Shown here piece after piece: positions 38,905 to 48,989 of a stretch of 64,000 nt of DNA. Source of the stretch: Promethearchaeota archaeon (GTDB lineage Archaea; Asgardarchaeota; Lokiarchaeia; Sigyniarchaeales; SOKP01); the NCBI GenBank assembly GCA_019058365.1, contig JAHPZE010000005.1, positions 32,001 to 96,000 on the forward strand. Direction: 5' to 3'. The translations under genes were made by a program, and so were the position numbers. The notes beneath the pieces are model-generated. The model worked only from the letters and a program-made list of their open reading frames with translations, did not search any database and was not told the DNA's origin. Position 1 is the stretch's first letter. Every line of letters starts with the position of its first letter.

Positions 38905-39243
38905 CTAAGAAATTCGCTCTTCTTTAGAAATACCTAGTTTATTGGCCAATTCATCCATCTTCGAATACATTATAGATCCAACTGCGGCAGTTGCAGGTCC
39001 AATAGAATCTACTCCTAATTTTTGATGAATTTCCCAATAATATTTCTCGTAGATTGTGTGATTTCCATCTGGATTTTTCTTATATTCTTCGATCGCCTTG
39101 TTTATAATATCAACTGCAATTATCCCTAGTTCAGTTAAACGTTGACTTATATGTTCAGCCGTGATATCTCTTCCAGTAATGGGATCAATACATTTTTGAA
39201 TCATTTCATCATCCCTTGGAATTTGAGGTTTTTCCTCTTTCAT
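38905..39243 (-). CDS. Hypothetical protein
   Basis: 112-aa ORF with normal composition. Confidence 0.65.
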   Translation of the reverse strand: MKEEKPQIPRDDEMIQKCIDPITGRDITAEHISQRLTELGIIAVDIINKAIEEYKKNPDGNHTIYEKYYWEIHQKLGVDSIGPATAAVGSIMYSKMDELANKLGISKEERIS

Positions 39244-39326
39244 TAAAAGTCAACACTTCCAATTTTTTAGTATTTAGTATATTTATAGAATTATAGTTAT
39301 ATATATACATGTCATGAAAATTCCTA

Positions 39327-40463
39327 TTATCGCTTCAGATAAATTGAAATTATGTCACCATCCTCTACTACGTGATCTAGGTTATCAAATTTTTGACCGG
39401 GGTGCTTAGCAGATTTACCCCAAATTAACGAGTAGCGATAATCGCTTACAAATCGTTTGTGAATTTTACGACAGAGTGTTTCAATAGTATCACCATGATG
39501 AAGAATAATAGGTTCATCCAAATCCGCTTCTTTTCTTGGAGGTTTTAAATATACTCTAATTAAATTCAATTCCTCGAAAATTTTATGACGGAGCGTCTTA
39601 ATTTTTTTATGATTTTTAACTGAGATCATAACCCAGTGATCATGACCTATTGCCTCTGTAATGACTTTCTCCGGTATTTCTTCCTTCATTAAATCTGATT
39701 TATTAATTACTACAAACTCTTTTGTGTAGATGCGGTTTCCAAATATGAAATCTATTAAGTCATCGGGTGTGATATCTGGTTCAGCAAAATAAACTCCCGC
39801 GTTCCTGACTTTAAGTTCATTCATTAGAGATTTAACTTCATCAGCATCCATTAGTTGGTCACCTTTATAAGTAAAATGGATTCCTCCACGTGTACGTTCT
39901 TTAATTACAATCTTAGGTAGTCTTGTATTTAACCGAATTCCTGCGTTATTTAACTCCATTCTAATAGTTTTCAAATCAGAAAGATTAATCGTTCCATCAG
40001 AAAGAAAACATATTATAACTAACACTAATTCTGCCGAGCGTACTACTGCTAATACTTCCTTTCCTCGCCCTTTACCAGCAGCAGCACCCAAAATTATTCC
40101 AGGTAAATCGATAAGCTGAACTTTTGCTTCTTCGATATTCATCATACCTGGTATAGCTGAAACAGTAGTAAAATCATATGATGCAACTTTAGAATGAGTA
40201 TTACCTTCAGTTAGCAAATTTAATAAAGAAGATTTCCCAACTGAGGGAAATCCAATGAAAGCAATTTGGGCATCTCCAGTTCTTTTAATACCAAAACCAC
40301 CACCACCGCCTTTCTTAGAACTTGCGATTCGAATCAAGTCTTCGCGGAGTTTAGCTAATTGTGCTTTAATAAAATTTATGCTTTTTTGTGTAGCTTTGTT
40401 TACCTTAGTGGACGCTAATCGTTCTTCTAATTCTTTTATTCGATCTTCGACTTTTTCGGACAT
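39327..40463 (-). CDS. drg: DRG-family (OBG) GTPase with TGS domain
   Basis: NKATQ, GFPSVGKS, YDFTT, DLPG, NKSD, WGKSAKHPGQK. Confidence 0.93.
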   Translation of the reverse strand: MSEKVEDRIKELEERLASTKVNKATQKSINFIKAQLAKLREDLIRIASSKKGGGGGFGIKRTGDAQIAFIGFPSVGKSSLLNLLTEGNTHSKVASYDFTTVSAIPGMMNIEEAKVQLIDLPGIILGAAAGKGRGKEVLAVVRSAELVLVIICFLSDGTINLSDLKTIRMELNNAGIRLNTRLPKIVIKERTRGGIHFTYKGDQLMDADEVKSLMNELKVRNAGVYFAEPDITPDDLIDFIFGNRIYTKEFVVINKSDLMKEEIPEKVITEAIGHDHWVMISVKNHKKIKTLRHKIFEELNLIRVYLKPPRKEADLDEPIILHHGDTIETLCRKIHKRFVSDYRYSLIWGKSAKHPGQKFDNLDHVVEDGDIISIYLKR

Positions 40464-40711
40464 TTAATACCAATTAAAAAAAATAAAGCAAATACAAAAA
40501 ATCTTTCGAAAACACACTAAGAAGTCCTATTTTAATTTATCTATTTTCACTTGTTCTTTTGACTCTTTTTGTTCCTTTTCTAATGGCTTGATCGGCTTGG
40601 ATTGACAAAATGGTTGTTTCTTCGCAGACTATACTGATGATTTAGATTATAATAAAATTAATTTGAAATGAATGCCTAATTAGGCTTACTATATAAAAAA
40701 ATGATATTGAA

Positions 40712-42004
40712 ATGAGTCTTCAAAAATGTTTAGCAAGTCGTAAGGATTGCTCAGGACAGTGTAGAATTTTAGCGATGAAAGAAATCATAGATATTTGTAA
40801 ATCGTCCAACCAAGCAGCACCTATGAAATCTTTATTTGTGGCACTCCCTGATGGACAGGACTATTCTGGTGGATTATATTCATATAAACAAAATGAATTA
40901 ACGTTAATCACTAATAGAGAAAAAACACAATATTCTATGGAAGTCTATCCAGAATTGATGTGGAAAGAATCAATTGCGTTAAATGATTTAATTGATGTAG
41001 GTCTTATTTGGCAATTTCTCTCATTAAAAGTGGAAAGTTTAGGACTTGGAGTATCACAACGTGCAAGAGCACCAAAAGGATTTAATAAACTCATTAATAA
41101 TGTACTTAATCAAAATTATACCTTTTTATATTCAGTAGCGGTTCGAGAAAGAGATCGAGGGGTTTTAGTAGAAGATTCTTCAGGACCACTTCAAATAGAA
41201 GTGGAGGAAGGAACAGTATTACTCGAGACTCCTGAATGTTACAAAGATCGCGCAATCTATAAGAATCAATATGAGGGGATTCCATTAGATGCTGCCATAT
41301 TTAGTCAAACGGAAAAAGCAGTTCCAAACTATACTAATTTGCATCAGATTTCTCAATTATTATGGGCTTGCCAAGGGGAAAATGATCATGCTACTCATGG
41401 AAACAGAGATGCATTGGAAAAAAACGGTTATGGTAGAGTTCATGCTTCAGGATGCGCGGGATACTCCGTTTATCCTATAGTTATCGTAGAGAGTCTTGCT
41501 AATTTACCAAAAGGATCGTACATATATAATCCTGTTGGATATTCGGCGTTAAATCGATGGATAAAGGTGAATGAAAAGATAACTTATGATCATTTTCTTC
41601 AGCATTTTACTTCAGATATTTCTAAAGTAAAAATCGAAAAGGAATTTAACGTTAATTTAACAAATTATGCTATTCTAATATGCATTGATAGAAAAAAGCC
41701 ATGCTCAGGATTTATGCATAGTACAATTGGAAAAGCTTTCATGAACACGAGATATTGGGCTGAAATTGAAGCAGGTATGGCACTAGCAGGACTGCAACTT
41801 CAAACAAATGCTTTAGGGATTCAATGGCAAAAAATAATTATCTCAAATTCAGATGATCCTAAATATAGTAAGCTATTCAATCTCAATCTTGCTGAACAAT
41901 CAATAAATAATATGGCACTTAATCTCATCAATCAGGCAAAAAATGAGAGATTATCGCTTAAAGGGAACTTAGTGCCAGTAGTTTTGTTTTATCTTCAAAA
42001 CTAA
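40712..42004 (+). CDS. Divergent nitroreductase-fold (SagB/ThcOx-like) protein
   Basis: ISQLLWACQG, HASGCAGYSVYP, GSYIYNP, AEIEAG..LQLQTNALG; a degenerate copy in the N-terminal half. Confidence 0.6.
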   Translation: MSLQKCLASRKDCSGQCRILAMKEIIDICKSSNQAAPMKSLFVALPDGQDYSGGLYSYKQNELTLITNREKTQYSMEVYPELMWKESIALNDLIDVGLIWQFLSLKVESLGLGVSQRARAPKGFNKLINNVLNQNYTFLYSVAVRERDRGVLVEDSSGPLQIEVEEGTVLLETPECYKDRAIYKNQYEGIPLDAAIFSQTEKAVPNYTNLHQISQLLWACQGENDHATHGNRDALEKNGYGRVHASGCAGYSVYPIVIVESLANLPKGSYIYNPVGYSALNRWIKVNEKITYDHFLQHFTSDISKVKIEKEFNVNLTNYAILICIDRKKPCSGFMHSTIGKAFMNTRYWAEIEAGMALAGLQLQTNALGIQWQKIIISNSDDPKYSKLFNLNLAEQSINNMALNLINQAKNERLSLKGNLVPVVLFYLQN

Positions 42005-42026
42005 TAAGGTTAAAAATTATTTTAAT

Positions 42027-42722
42027 TTGATTGGAGGAATAATTTTGAATTTAGTAATGATTGGTGCATTAATATATATAGCTAATATCATCTTATCTAT
42101 AACATTAGCAATAATTATAATTGACAAGCTATATATTTCCAAGAAATTTTCAAAAGAAAAAGATTTTCACTTCTATAACGACTTGTTTTCTTGGGAGATG
42201 TTCTATATTTTTATTGGTATTGAAAATATAATAAAAATATTCTCGCTATTTATTTCTTTTAATAATGAGCTTTCATTTATATTTTTGAGAATTAGAATTC
42301 TAATCGTTTTTTTTCCATTTTGGACGAAAATGATTCATTTAGAGAAAGTTATGGATAAAATTACATACGAAAGGCATTATTTTGCGGGTATTATTCCTCT
42401 TTTTATTGTAATAGTTTTGGGTTTTACAAATATACCAAATTTAGTATTACTTTTAATTTTTTTTTGTACAACATACGTTCCTTTCCTAATTTTGTTTATA
42501 TTTTTTAAAAATACAGGAACCGAAAGAAAAAAAACTTTAAAGGTTATATTTGGTGCCATATTTATTGGATTGGGTTATCTATTTAAACCAGAAATTTTTG
42601 AAGGATATATAGGAATCTCTGAAATCCTTGATGTATTAATTATGTCATTAAACGTCGTTATACCTCTTTCATTTTTAATAGGATTATTGCTAATATTTGA
42701 TAGTTACAGAAATGAATTATAA
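42027..42722 (+). CDS. Hypothetical ~7-TM membrane protein
   Basis: 231 aa, hydrophobic; start uncertain. Confidence 0.75.
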   Translation: MIGGIILNLVMIGALIYIANIILSITLAIIIIDKLYISKKFSKEKDFHFYNDLFSWEMFYIFIGIENIIKIFSLFISFNNELSFIFLRIRILIVFFPFWTKMIHLEKVMDKITYERHYFAGIIPLFIVIVLGFTNIPNLVLLLIFFCTTYVPFLILFIFFKNTGTERKKTLKVIFGAIFIGLGYLFKPEIFEGYIGISEILDVLIMSLNVVIPLSFLIGLLLIFDSYRNEL

Positions 42723-42798
42723 TTTTTTTACTTAAGATTATTTTCAAAAACAAAATTATTCATTTAATTGATAGGAAAATAAAAGAAAAAAAATATTA

Positions 42799-43239
42799 TT
42801 ACATAATTAATACTTGCGCTTCTCCATCTGTAACAACTTCTTTTTTCTGGTTCAGCACTTTAGTGTCTACATCTAAAAATTGCAGTACTCCACTTTTACC
42901 TTCTTTGGTATATTTCTTTGATACAGTTGCTACAGCAGTCAATGTATCTCCAATAAAGACTGGTTTTTTAAAAACTACCTTTTGAGATGCATAAAGAGCT
43001 CCTGGACCAAATAAATGAACACCAAGTACTGCTGAAATTAATGCTGAACTAAATGCACCATGAACTACCCTTTTACCAAACATCTGTGTTTTTGCAAACT
43101 CCTCATTCACATGAAGAGGATTAAAATCTCCACTGATTCCCGCAAAGAGGGTTACATCGGCTTCTGTAATAGTTTTACTACAAGCAGCAGAAGTTCCTAC
43201 TTCATAATCATCAAATTTAACGATTACAGTTTTCGACAT
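42799..43239 (-). CDS. MaoC/PhaJ-like (R)-specific enoyl-CoA hydratase
   Basis: FAGISGDFNPLH, RVVHG, PGALYASQ, FKKPVFIGD. Confidence 0.92.
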   Translation of the reverse strand: MSKTVIVKFDDYEVGTSAACSKTITEADVTLFAGISGDFNPLHVNEEFAKTQMFGKRVVHGAFSSALISAVLGVHLFGPGALYASQKVVFKKPVFIGDTLTAVATVSKKYTKEGKSGVLQFLDVDTKVLNQKKEVVTDGEAQVLIM

Positions 43240-43294
43240 AAATTAAGTTAATGAAGATATAGATAAAAATATTGACTATTCTTCTAAATTCATT

Positions 43295-43543
43295 TCAATT
43301 TTCTTTTCGCTTTATAAAAATTGTTCGCAAGTTATCAAAATCAGTTTTAAAACATATTTGACACTCCTCCTGCACGTCAGGGGTTGTAGGCTCAACACGT
43401 ACTTCATAACCAATTGATTCATACAATTCTACATACTCAGCTACTCTATTTTCTTCGACGGTGAATCCCTTCTCCCAGTCTTTTCCTCTAGGAGGAATCT
43501 CTAAATCTTTATTTACTTGCCTTTTTTCTTTATCTGATACCAC
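43295..43543 (-). CDS. Small hypothetical protein transcribed divergently from the benzoyl-CoA cluster
   Basis: WEKGFTVEENRVAEYVELYESIGYEVRVEP..ECQIC..RTIF; GTG at 43543 preferred because the track's extension runs into a direct repeat. Confidence 0.7.
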   Translation of the reverse strand: MVSDKEKRQVNKDLEIPPRGKDWEKGFTVEENRVAEYVELYESIGYEVRVEPTTPDVQEECQICFKTDFDNLRTIFIKRKEN

Positions 43544-43564
43544 AGTTATCCTACTCAATTTTTT

Positions 43565-43686
43565 TTTCTTTTCCGATTCTACAATGGATATAATTATAAT
43601 GTTCAGTTTAAATATTACTCTTTTTTCCATTCCCTCTGAATTGTGCTTTTAGTGGAATTTTATTCTCATTAAACATTTTCTCTTAA
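43565..43686 (+). repeat. 122-bp imperfect direct repeat, copy 1
   Basis: Ungapped match to 44653-44774, about 16 mismatches by hand alignment. Confidence 0.9.
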
Positions 43687-43840
43687 AAATAGGGCTTAAT
43701 CACCTGAATATTTGAATGTAGAATTAAAGATTAAAATAAAATTGATTTAATTAGAAAAATGGGAAATTGAAAAAAAATCCCAAATAATTTTATATTGTGG
43801 TTGAATATTATATATATGGGAATAATATATTACATAGGAG

Positions 43841-44107
43841 ATGATTCTTCTGAAAATAAATACTGAAATAAGAAAAGTTGATTCTCAAGGAAGAATCGTA
43901 TTACCACTAAAATGGAGAGAAAAGGAACTTAAAAATGGAGATGAGGTAATAATTCTTGAAGATGAAGGGATTCTTAAGATAATCCCAAAAAAAAAAATTG
44001 ATTTAACTAAATTTTTTGATTCGTTAGAATTCGATGAAGATCTTATAGATAAACTTGAAGAATGGTCCGACTTTGAAAATTATCTTTTAAATAAAAAATA
44101 TAGGTAA
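43841..44107 (+). CDS. AbrB/MazE/SpoVT-family antitoxin (VapB-like)
   Basis: RKVDSQGRIVLPLKWRE...GDEV...ILKIIP; acidic C-terminus. Confidence 0.88.
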   Translation: MILLKINTEIRKVDSQGRIVLPLKWREKELKNGDEVIILEDEGILKIIPKKKIDLTKFFDSLEFDEDLIDKLEEWSDFENYLLNKKYR

Positions 44108-44112
44108 TTCTA

Positions 44113-44559
44113 ATGATATATCTTGATGCAAATATTTTCATTTATGCTTATTTTAAACCAAAAAAAGGGAAATCTATATCAAATAAAATAAAATGGTGTA
44201 AAGAAGAAGCAAAAAAGATTGTTCAAAAAATAAATGAAGAAGATAGTGATTATTGTATCTCGTTAATTCAATTATCTGAAGTGGTCAATCTTCTAAAAAA
44301 TATTATGTCATGGGAAACTTTACAAGAATTTGTTATGGGTTTGATTTCTAATAAATCAGTAGAAATAATTGAGGTAAAAAAAATGCTGTATATCAATGCT
44401 GTTAATAAGATGGTTGAATATGGTATGGATTCTAATGATATTTCCGCATACTTATTAATGAAGGAGAATAATATTAAGGAAATCTATACATTTGATCAGC
44501 AATATGAAAATTTACCTGATATTATTTGCTTACCTCAAATGCCTAAAGAGTTGAAATAA
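44113..44559 (+). CDS. vapC: PIN-domain toxin (VapC)
   Basis: IYLDANIFIYA, LSEV, DSND, IYTFD. Confidence 0.9.
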   Translation: MIYLDANIFIYAYFKPKKGKSISNKIKWCKEEAKKIVQKINEEDSDYCISLIQLSEVVNLLKNIMSWETLQEFVMGLISNKSVEIIEVKKMLYINAVNKMVEYGMDSNDISAYLLMKENNIKEIYTFDQQYENLPDIICLPQMPKELK

Positions 44560-44652
44560 GTTTTAAGTTTTGTTATACTATTGAAATAATATAAAAAAAC
44601 CTTCTAAGCCACACAAAAAAGAAGAACGGCTCAATTCTGTTTCATTTTCTAA

Positions 44653-44774
44653 TTTCTTTATCGATTCTATATTAGATATAATTATAATATTCAGTTTAAT
44701 TATTACTCTTTTTTATATTCCATCTGAATTATGCTTTTAGTGGAATTTTATTCCCACTCAACGTTTTCTATTAA
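44653..44774 (+). repeat. 122-bp imperfect direct repeat, copy 2
   Basis: Matches 43565-43686. Confidence 0.9.
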
Positions 44775-44859
44775 CAAATTTTATATTAATTTGGAAAATT
44801 ATCTAAGAATAGTAATAAAAATAAAAGAAATCAAAAAAATCAATATAAATGTGATAGGA

Positions 44860-45819
44860 ATGACTTACACAAAAGAACCAAATTTTACTCCAAAGGATCC
44901 AAAAGAATTTGATTTTAAAGAAATAATTTATGAAAAGAAAGATTGGAAAGCAACTGTCACAATTAATCGTCCAGAAGTCTATAATGCTTATTCAACTCTT
45001 ACATTAATGGAAATGATTGAAGCTTTTCATGATGCTGCCTGGGATAATAAAGTTGCAGTTATTATATTAACAGGAGCAGGTGATAAGGCTTTTTGTACTG
45101 GTGGTGACGTAAAAGAGTATAGAGAACGATTTACCATCAAGCCTGCTGAATATTGGAAATGGATGAGCATTTTTCAAGAAGTTCACGATGTATTTCGCAA
45201 TATTGGAAAACCAACAATCGCAAGAATTAACGGAATCGTCGCAGGTGGAGGTAATGAATGGCAAATGGAATGTGATTTAGCGATAGCAGCAGAACACGCA
45301 ACAATCCAACAAGTAGGGACGAGAGTAGGCTCTGTGGCATGTGGAGGTGCTACTCAATGGTTACCCATCATAGTTGGTGACCGTCGTGCTAGAGAAATCC
45401 TATATCTGTGTGAGCCAATCTCAGCTAAAAAAGCGATGGAATGGGGCTTAGTTAATGAAGTAGTACCCTATGCTGAAATAGATGCTGCAGTTGATAAAAT
45501 GTGCCAGAAACTTATTGACAAATTTCCAGAATGCATGAGATATACAAAACAACAGGTTAATTTCTGGAAGGATTTTGTTTGGCATCAAACAATTGGACAC
45601 GCGAAAGATTGGTTATCAATTCATTATGCTTCATGGGAGCCACTTGAAGGGATGTCGGCTTTTGTAGAAAAACGCCCTCCAAACTATAAGGGTATACGTG
45701 AAAGTCCTCATCCTGAATTTTTATGGGGGCCGCCGTCAGTTACATGTCCCTCTTGTCAAGCAAAATGTATACCTTCTGATTTCGAGTTTTGTGGTAAATG
45801 TGGAGCAAAATTAAAATAA
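44860..45819 (+). CDS. oah: Crotonase-family ring-opening hydrolase (6-oxocyclohex-1-ene-1-carbonyl-CoA hydrolase-like) with C-terminal zinc ribbon
   Basis: NRPEVYNAY, AFCTGGDVKEY, AGGGNE, GSVACGGATQWL; CPSC...CGKC tail; operon context; ATG at 44860. Confidence 0.75.
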   Translation: MTYTKEPNFTPKDPKEFDFKEIIYEKKDWKATVTINRPEVYNAYSTLTLMEMIEAFHDAAWDNKVAVIILTGAGDKAFCTGGDVKEYRERFTIKPAEYWKWMSIFQEVHDVFRNIGKPTIARINGIVAGGGNEWQMECDLAIAAEHATIQQVGTRVGSVACGGATQWLPIIVGDRRAREILYLCEPISAKKAMEWGLVNEVVPYAEIDAAVDKMCQKLIDKFPECMRYTKQQVNFWKDFVWHQTIGHAKDWLSIHYASWEPLEGMSAFVEKRPPNYKGIRESPHPEFLWGPPSVTCPSCQAKCIPSDFEFCGKCGAKLK

Positions 45820-45884
45820 ATATTAATAAATTTTTTTATCAGAAAAAAAGGATAAAAATAGCTTAAAAGAAAATAATAGCCATA

Positions 45885-46667
45885 TTGAGTGAAAAACATT
45901 TGTCAAATGAGTTAATTATTGTTGAAAAAGCCGATAATTTAGGTAAAATAATATTCAACAATGGACCATTGAATATATTAACTATACAGATGATGGAGCA
46001 AATTAATAATGCTCTTGAAGGGTTTCTTAAAGATGAATCGTTAAAAGCTGTCATTTTTGCTCATAATGGAAAAGCCTTCTCTGCAGGAGTTGATATTGGT
46101 GATCATATGGGTGACAAAGCTCCTAAAATGATTAAGCAATTTCACGGAATTTTCAGAAAGCTTAACAAATTAAAATGTCCAACTATAGCAAGCGTTAAAG
46201 GAGCCGCTCTTGGTGGTGGGTGTGAAATTGCTATATTCTGTGATATTGTACTTACTTCAGATAAAGCAAAATTTGGACAACCAGAAATAAAAGTAGGAGT
46301 ATTTCCGCCTATTGCTGTTTTAGCTTTCCCCCAAATCATCGGAAATAAGAAAGCTTTTGAATTAATAATGTTAGGTGAAACAATCGATGCTAAAGAGGCT
46401 CAGAGACTTGGAATCTCTAATCATGTTTTTCCGATTGAATCATATGAACAAGAATTTGCTAAATTTATCGAATCTCTTAATACCATAAGCACAATTATTT
46501 TACAATATACAAAGAAAGCATTCAACAAAGCCTTAGGAATCGATTTTAATACCAAATTAGATGAAATTGAAGAATTATATCTTAAAGAATTAATGTCTAC
46601 ACATGATGCAAATGAAGGTTTACAAGCATTCATAGAGAAAAGATCACCAAATTGGCAAAATCATTAA
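45885..46667 (+). CDS. dch: Cyclohexa-1,5-diene-1-carbonyl-CoA hydratase
   Basis: PLNIL, AFSAGVDIGDH, ALGGGCE, GQPEIKVGVFPP, EELYLKELMSTHDANEG; operon context. Confidence 0.82.
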   Translation: MSEKHLSNELIIVEKADNLGKIIFNNGPLNILTIQMMEQINNALEGFLKDESLKAVIFAHNGKAFSAGVDIGDHMGDKAPKMIKQFHGIFRKLNKLKCPTIASVKGAALGGGCEIAIFCDIVLTSDKAKFGQPEIKVGVFPPIAVLAFPQIIGNKKAFELIMLGETIDAKEAQRLGISNHVFPIESYEQEFAKFIESLNTISTIILQYTKKAFNKALGIDFNTKLDEIEELYLKELMSTHDANEGLQAFIEKRSPNWQNH

Positions 46668-46735
46668 TTTTTTTAAATTTAATAGGAATTATGTTTAAAT
46701 TAAAATAATAATAAAACAAATTGTAGGAAATTGAA

Positions 46736-47782
46736 ATGAAAGCAGCTGTTTTTGGAAAAGTTAAGGAACCCTTAAAATTAGATAATAATTATCCTGACCC
46801 CAATATTTCCGGCGAGATGGGCCATGCTATAATAAAGATAGAAGCATGTGGAGTCTGTCATACTGATTTTGGTTATTTAGAACATGGTGTACCAACAGTT
46901 AAACAACCACCTCTTATTTTAGGTCATGAAATTTCGGGACGTATTAAAGAAGTAAGTGAAGATGTAAAAAATTTCAAAGAAGGAGACCATGTTATTATTC
47001 CTGCTGTACTTTCCTGTGGGTACTGTGTTAATTGTAGAACAGGCAGAGAGAATATTTGCCTTAATCAGATCATGCTTGGAAATCATATTGATGGAGGATT
47101 TGCTGAGCAAATTAAGGTTCCTATAAAAGATGTTGTACACCTCCCTATTGAAATGTCATTAGAGGAAAGTTGTATAATTTCAGATGCTATTTCAACACCA
47201 TATCATGCTGTAAAAAATCGAGGTCAAGTAAGACCCGGTGATTGGGTAGTTGTGATTGGGTGTGGAGGAATTGGATTAAATGTCGTTCAAAATGTAAAAG
47301 CAGCAGGGGGCTTCCCTATAGCTGTTGATATTGTCCCAAAAAAACTAGAGGTTGCTAAACAAATTGGTGCTGTAGAAACTGTTTTAGCAAAAGATATGGA
47401 TGAAAGAGAAATTGTTGGTGCTATTCGAAAAATAACAGGAGGAGGAGCAGATATAGCTTTTGAAGCCATTGGGCACCCCGTAACAATGAAACAAGCATTT
47501 AATAGTTTGCGAACTGGAGGTCGATTGGTTGCCGTGGGATATTCACCCAAGCGTTGGGATGATTTCGATATTGGTCGTGTAATGTTTCGAGAAATGGAAA
47601 TTATGGGAAGCCTTGGTTGCCGTCCTGTCGATTATCCCCATATTATCGACTTGGTTAAGAATGGATCACTTCAGGTTAAACCGTTAATTACTCACAAATT
47701 CCCACTTTCAGAAATTAATGAAGCGTTTGATGTTATGCGTCGCGGAGAGGGAATTAGAATTATTATTCAATGTCAAAAATAG
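46736..47782 (+). CDS. had: 6-hydroxycyclohex-1-ene-1-carbonyl-CoA dehydrogenase (Zn-dependent)
   Basis: CGVCHTD, LGHEISG, PAVLSCGYCVNCRTGRENIC, DAISTPY; operon context. Confidence 0.82.
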   Translation: MKAAVFGKVKEPLKLDNNYPDPNISGEMGHAIIKIEACGVCHTDFGYLEHGVPTVKQPPLILGHEISGRIKEVSEDVKNFKEGDHVIIPAVLSCGYCVNCRTGRENICLNQIMLGNHIDGGFAEQIKVPIKDVVHLPIEMSLEESCIISDAISTPYHAVKNRGQVRPGDWVVVIGCGGIGLNVVQNVKAAGGFPIAVDIVPKKLEVAKQIGAVETVLAKDMDEREIVGAIRKITGGGADIAFEAIGHPVTMKQAFNSLRTGGRLVAVGYSPKRWDDFDIGRVMFREMEIMGSLGCRPVDYPHIIDLVKNGSLQVKPLITHKFPLSEINEAFDVMRRGEGIRIIIQCQK

Positions 47783-47849
47783 AGATTTAATAAAATATTT
47801 AATTTATTTTTAACTTTACAAAATAGAATGAATCAAGGGGATATAAAGA

Positions 47850-48974
47850 TTGTTTGAACAATTTAAAGATTGGTATGAAAACCGTCATAATTATGCAAAA
47901 GAATGGAAAGAACGTACTGGTGGAAAAGTAATAGGAACATTTTGCACATATGTACCTGAAGAAATTCTCTATGCCGCGGATATTCTACCAGTAAGAATAT
48001 TAGGTAGCCACGAGCCACAAGATGTCTCTGAACCGCATATTTTTGCAATGTTTTGCCCTTTCTGTCGTGATTGTTTAGCACAAGGATTAAAGGGTAGGTT
48101 TGACTATCTTGATGGAATCACAATTGCTCAAAGTTGTCTTCATATTAGACAAGCTTTTACGAGTTGGGATCTTCACATTCCAGTAGATTTTAAATATTAT
48201 TTACCACATCCTATGAACGTTCAAAGCCCTCATGCTGTCCCTTATTTAACGGAAGAATTAAAATCATTCAAAAAAGCAATTGAAGATTGGACAGGGAAAC
48301 AAATTACAGATGAGGACATCAAGCGAGGGATTGAAATAATGAATAAAAATAGGCAACTTTTACAACAAGTTTATGAATTGAGAAAAAATGCTAATCCACC
48401 ATTAACTGGTCTTGAGGCGATGTATATGGTAGTGTCTTCACAGATGGTTGATAAACGAGAACATAATAAAGCTTTAGAAGAACTTCTTCAAAAACTTCCC
48501 TCAAGAACATTAGATGATCCAAGTGAACGATTAATGATATTAGGATCTGAAGATGATGATACTAAATTTATAGCAATGGTCGAAGATTTAGGCGCAAGAT
48601 TTGTTATTGATGATCACTGTACTGGTACACGATATTTTAATACAATTGTAAATATAAATGGAGATCCACTGGTTTCAATAGCAGAAAGGTATGTGAAACG
48701 TACGCCATGTCCAAGTAAGGATTGGCCTGAACGTACAAGGCTCGATCGTATTCTCCAATTAGCTAAAGAATATAATGTACAAGGAGCTATTATAATGCAG
48801 ATGAAATTTTGTGATCCTCACGAGTTAGACACAGTTTTTATCAAAGAAGCTTTGGAGAAGGAGCTTGATATTCAGACATTATTTCTTGAATTTGATGTAA
48901 CTGTACCACTTGGTCAATTCAAAACACGTGTAGAGGCATTTCTAGAAATTATAAGAGAGGAGGATCTTTTTTAA
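47850..48974 (+). CDS. bzdN: Benzoyl-CoA reductase, Bzd-type, subunit N
   Basis: WYENRHNYAKEWKERTGGKV, MFCPFCRD, DDHCTGTRY, CPSKDWP, KFCDPH. Confidence 0.9.
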   Translation: MFEQFKDWYENRHNYAKEWKERTGGKVIGTFCTYVPEEILYAADILPVRILGSHEPQDVSEPHIFAMFCPFCRDCLAQGLKGRFDYLDGITIAQSCLHIRQAFTSWDLHIPVDFKYYLPHPMNVQSPHAVPYLTEELKSFKKAIEDWTGKQITDEDIKRGIEIMNKNRQLLQQVYELRKNANPPLTGLEAMYMVVSSQMVDKREHNKALEELLQKLPSRTLDDPSERLMILGSEDDDTKFIAMVEDLGARFVIDDHCTGTRYFNTIVNINGDPLVSIAERYVKRTPCPSKDWPERTRLDRILQLAKEYNVQGAIIMQMKFCDPHELDTVFIKEALEKELDIQTLFLEFDVTVPLGQFKTRVEAFLEIIREEDLF

Positions 48975-48989
48975 GAAGGAGTGATTAAA

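Noticed and set aside
44731-44859. N-terminal extensions given by the ORF track for oah, 43295..43630 and cocE (to 61330)
   Set aside because: They run through repeat or AT-rich promoter DNA; better starts lie downstream
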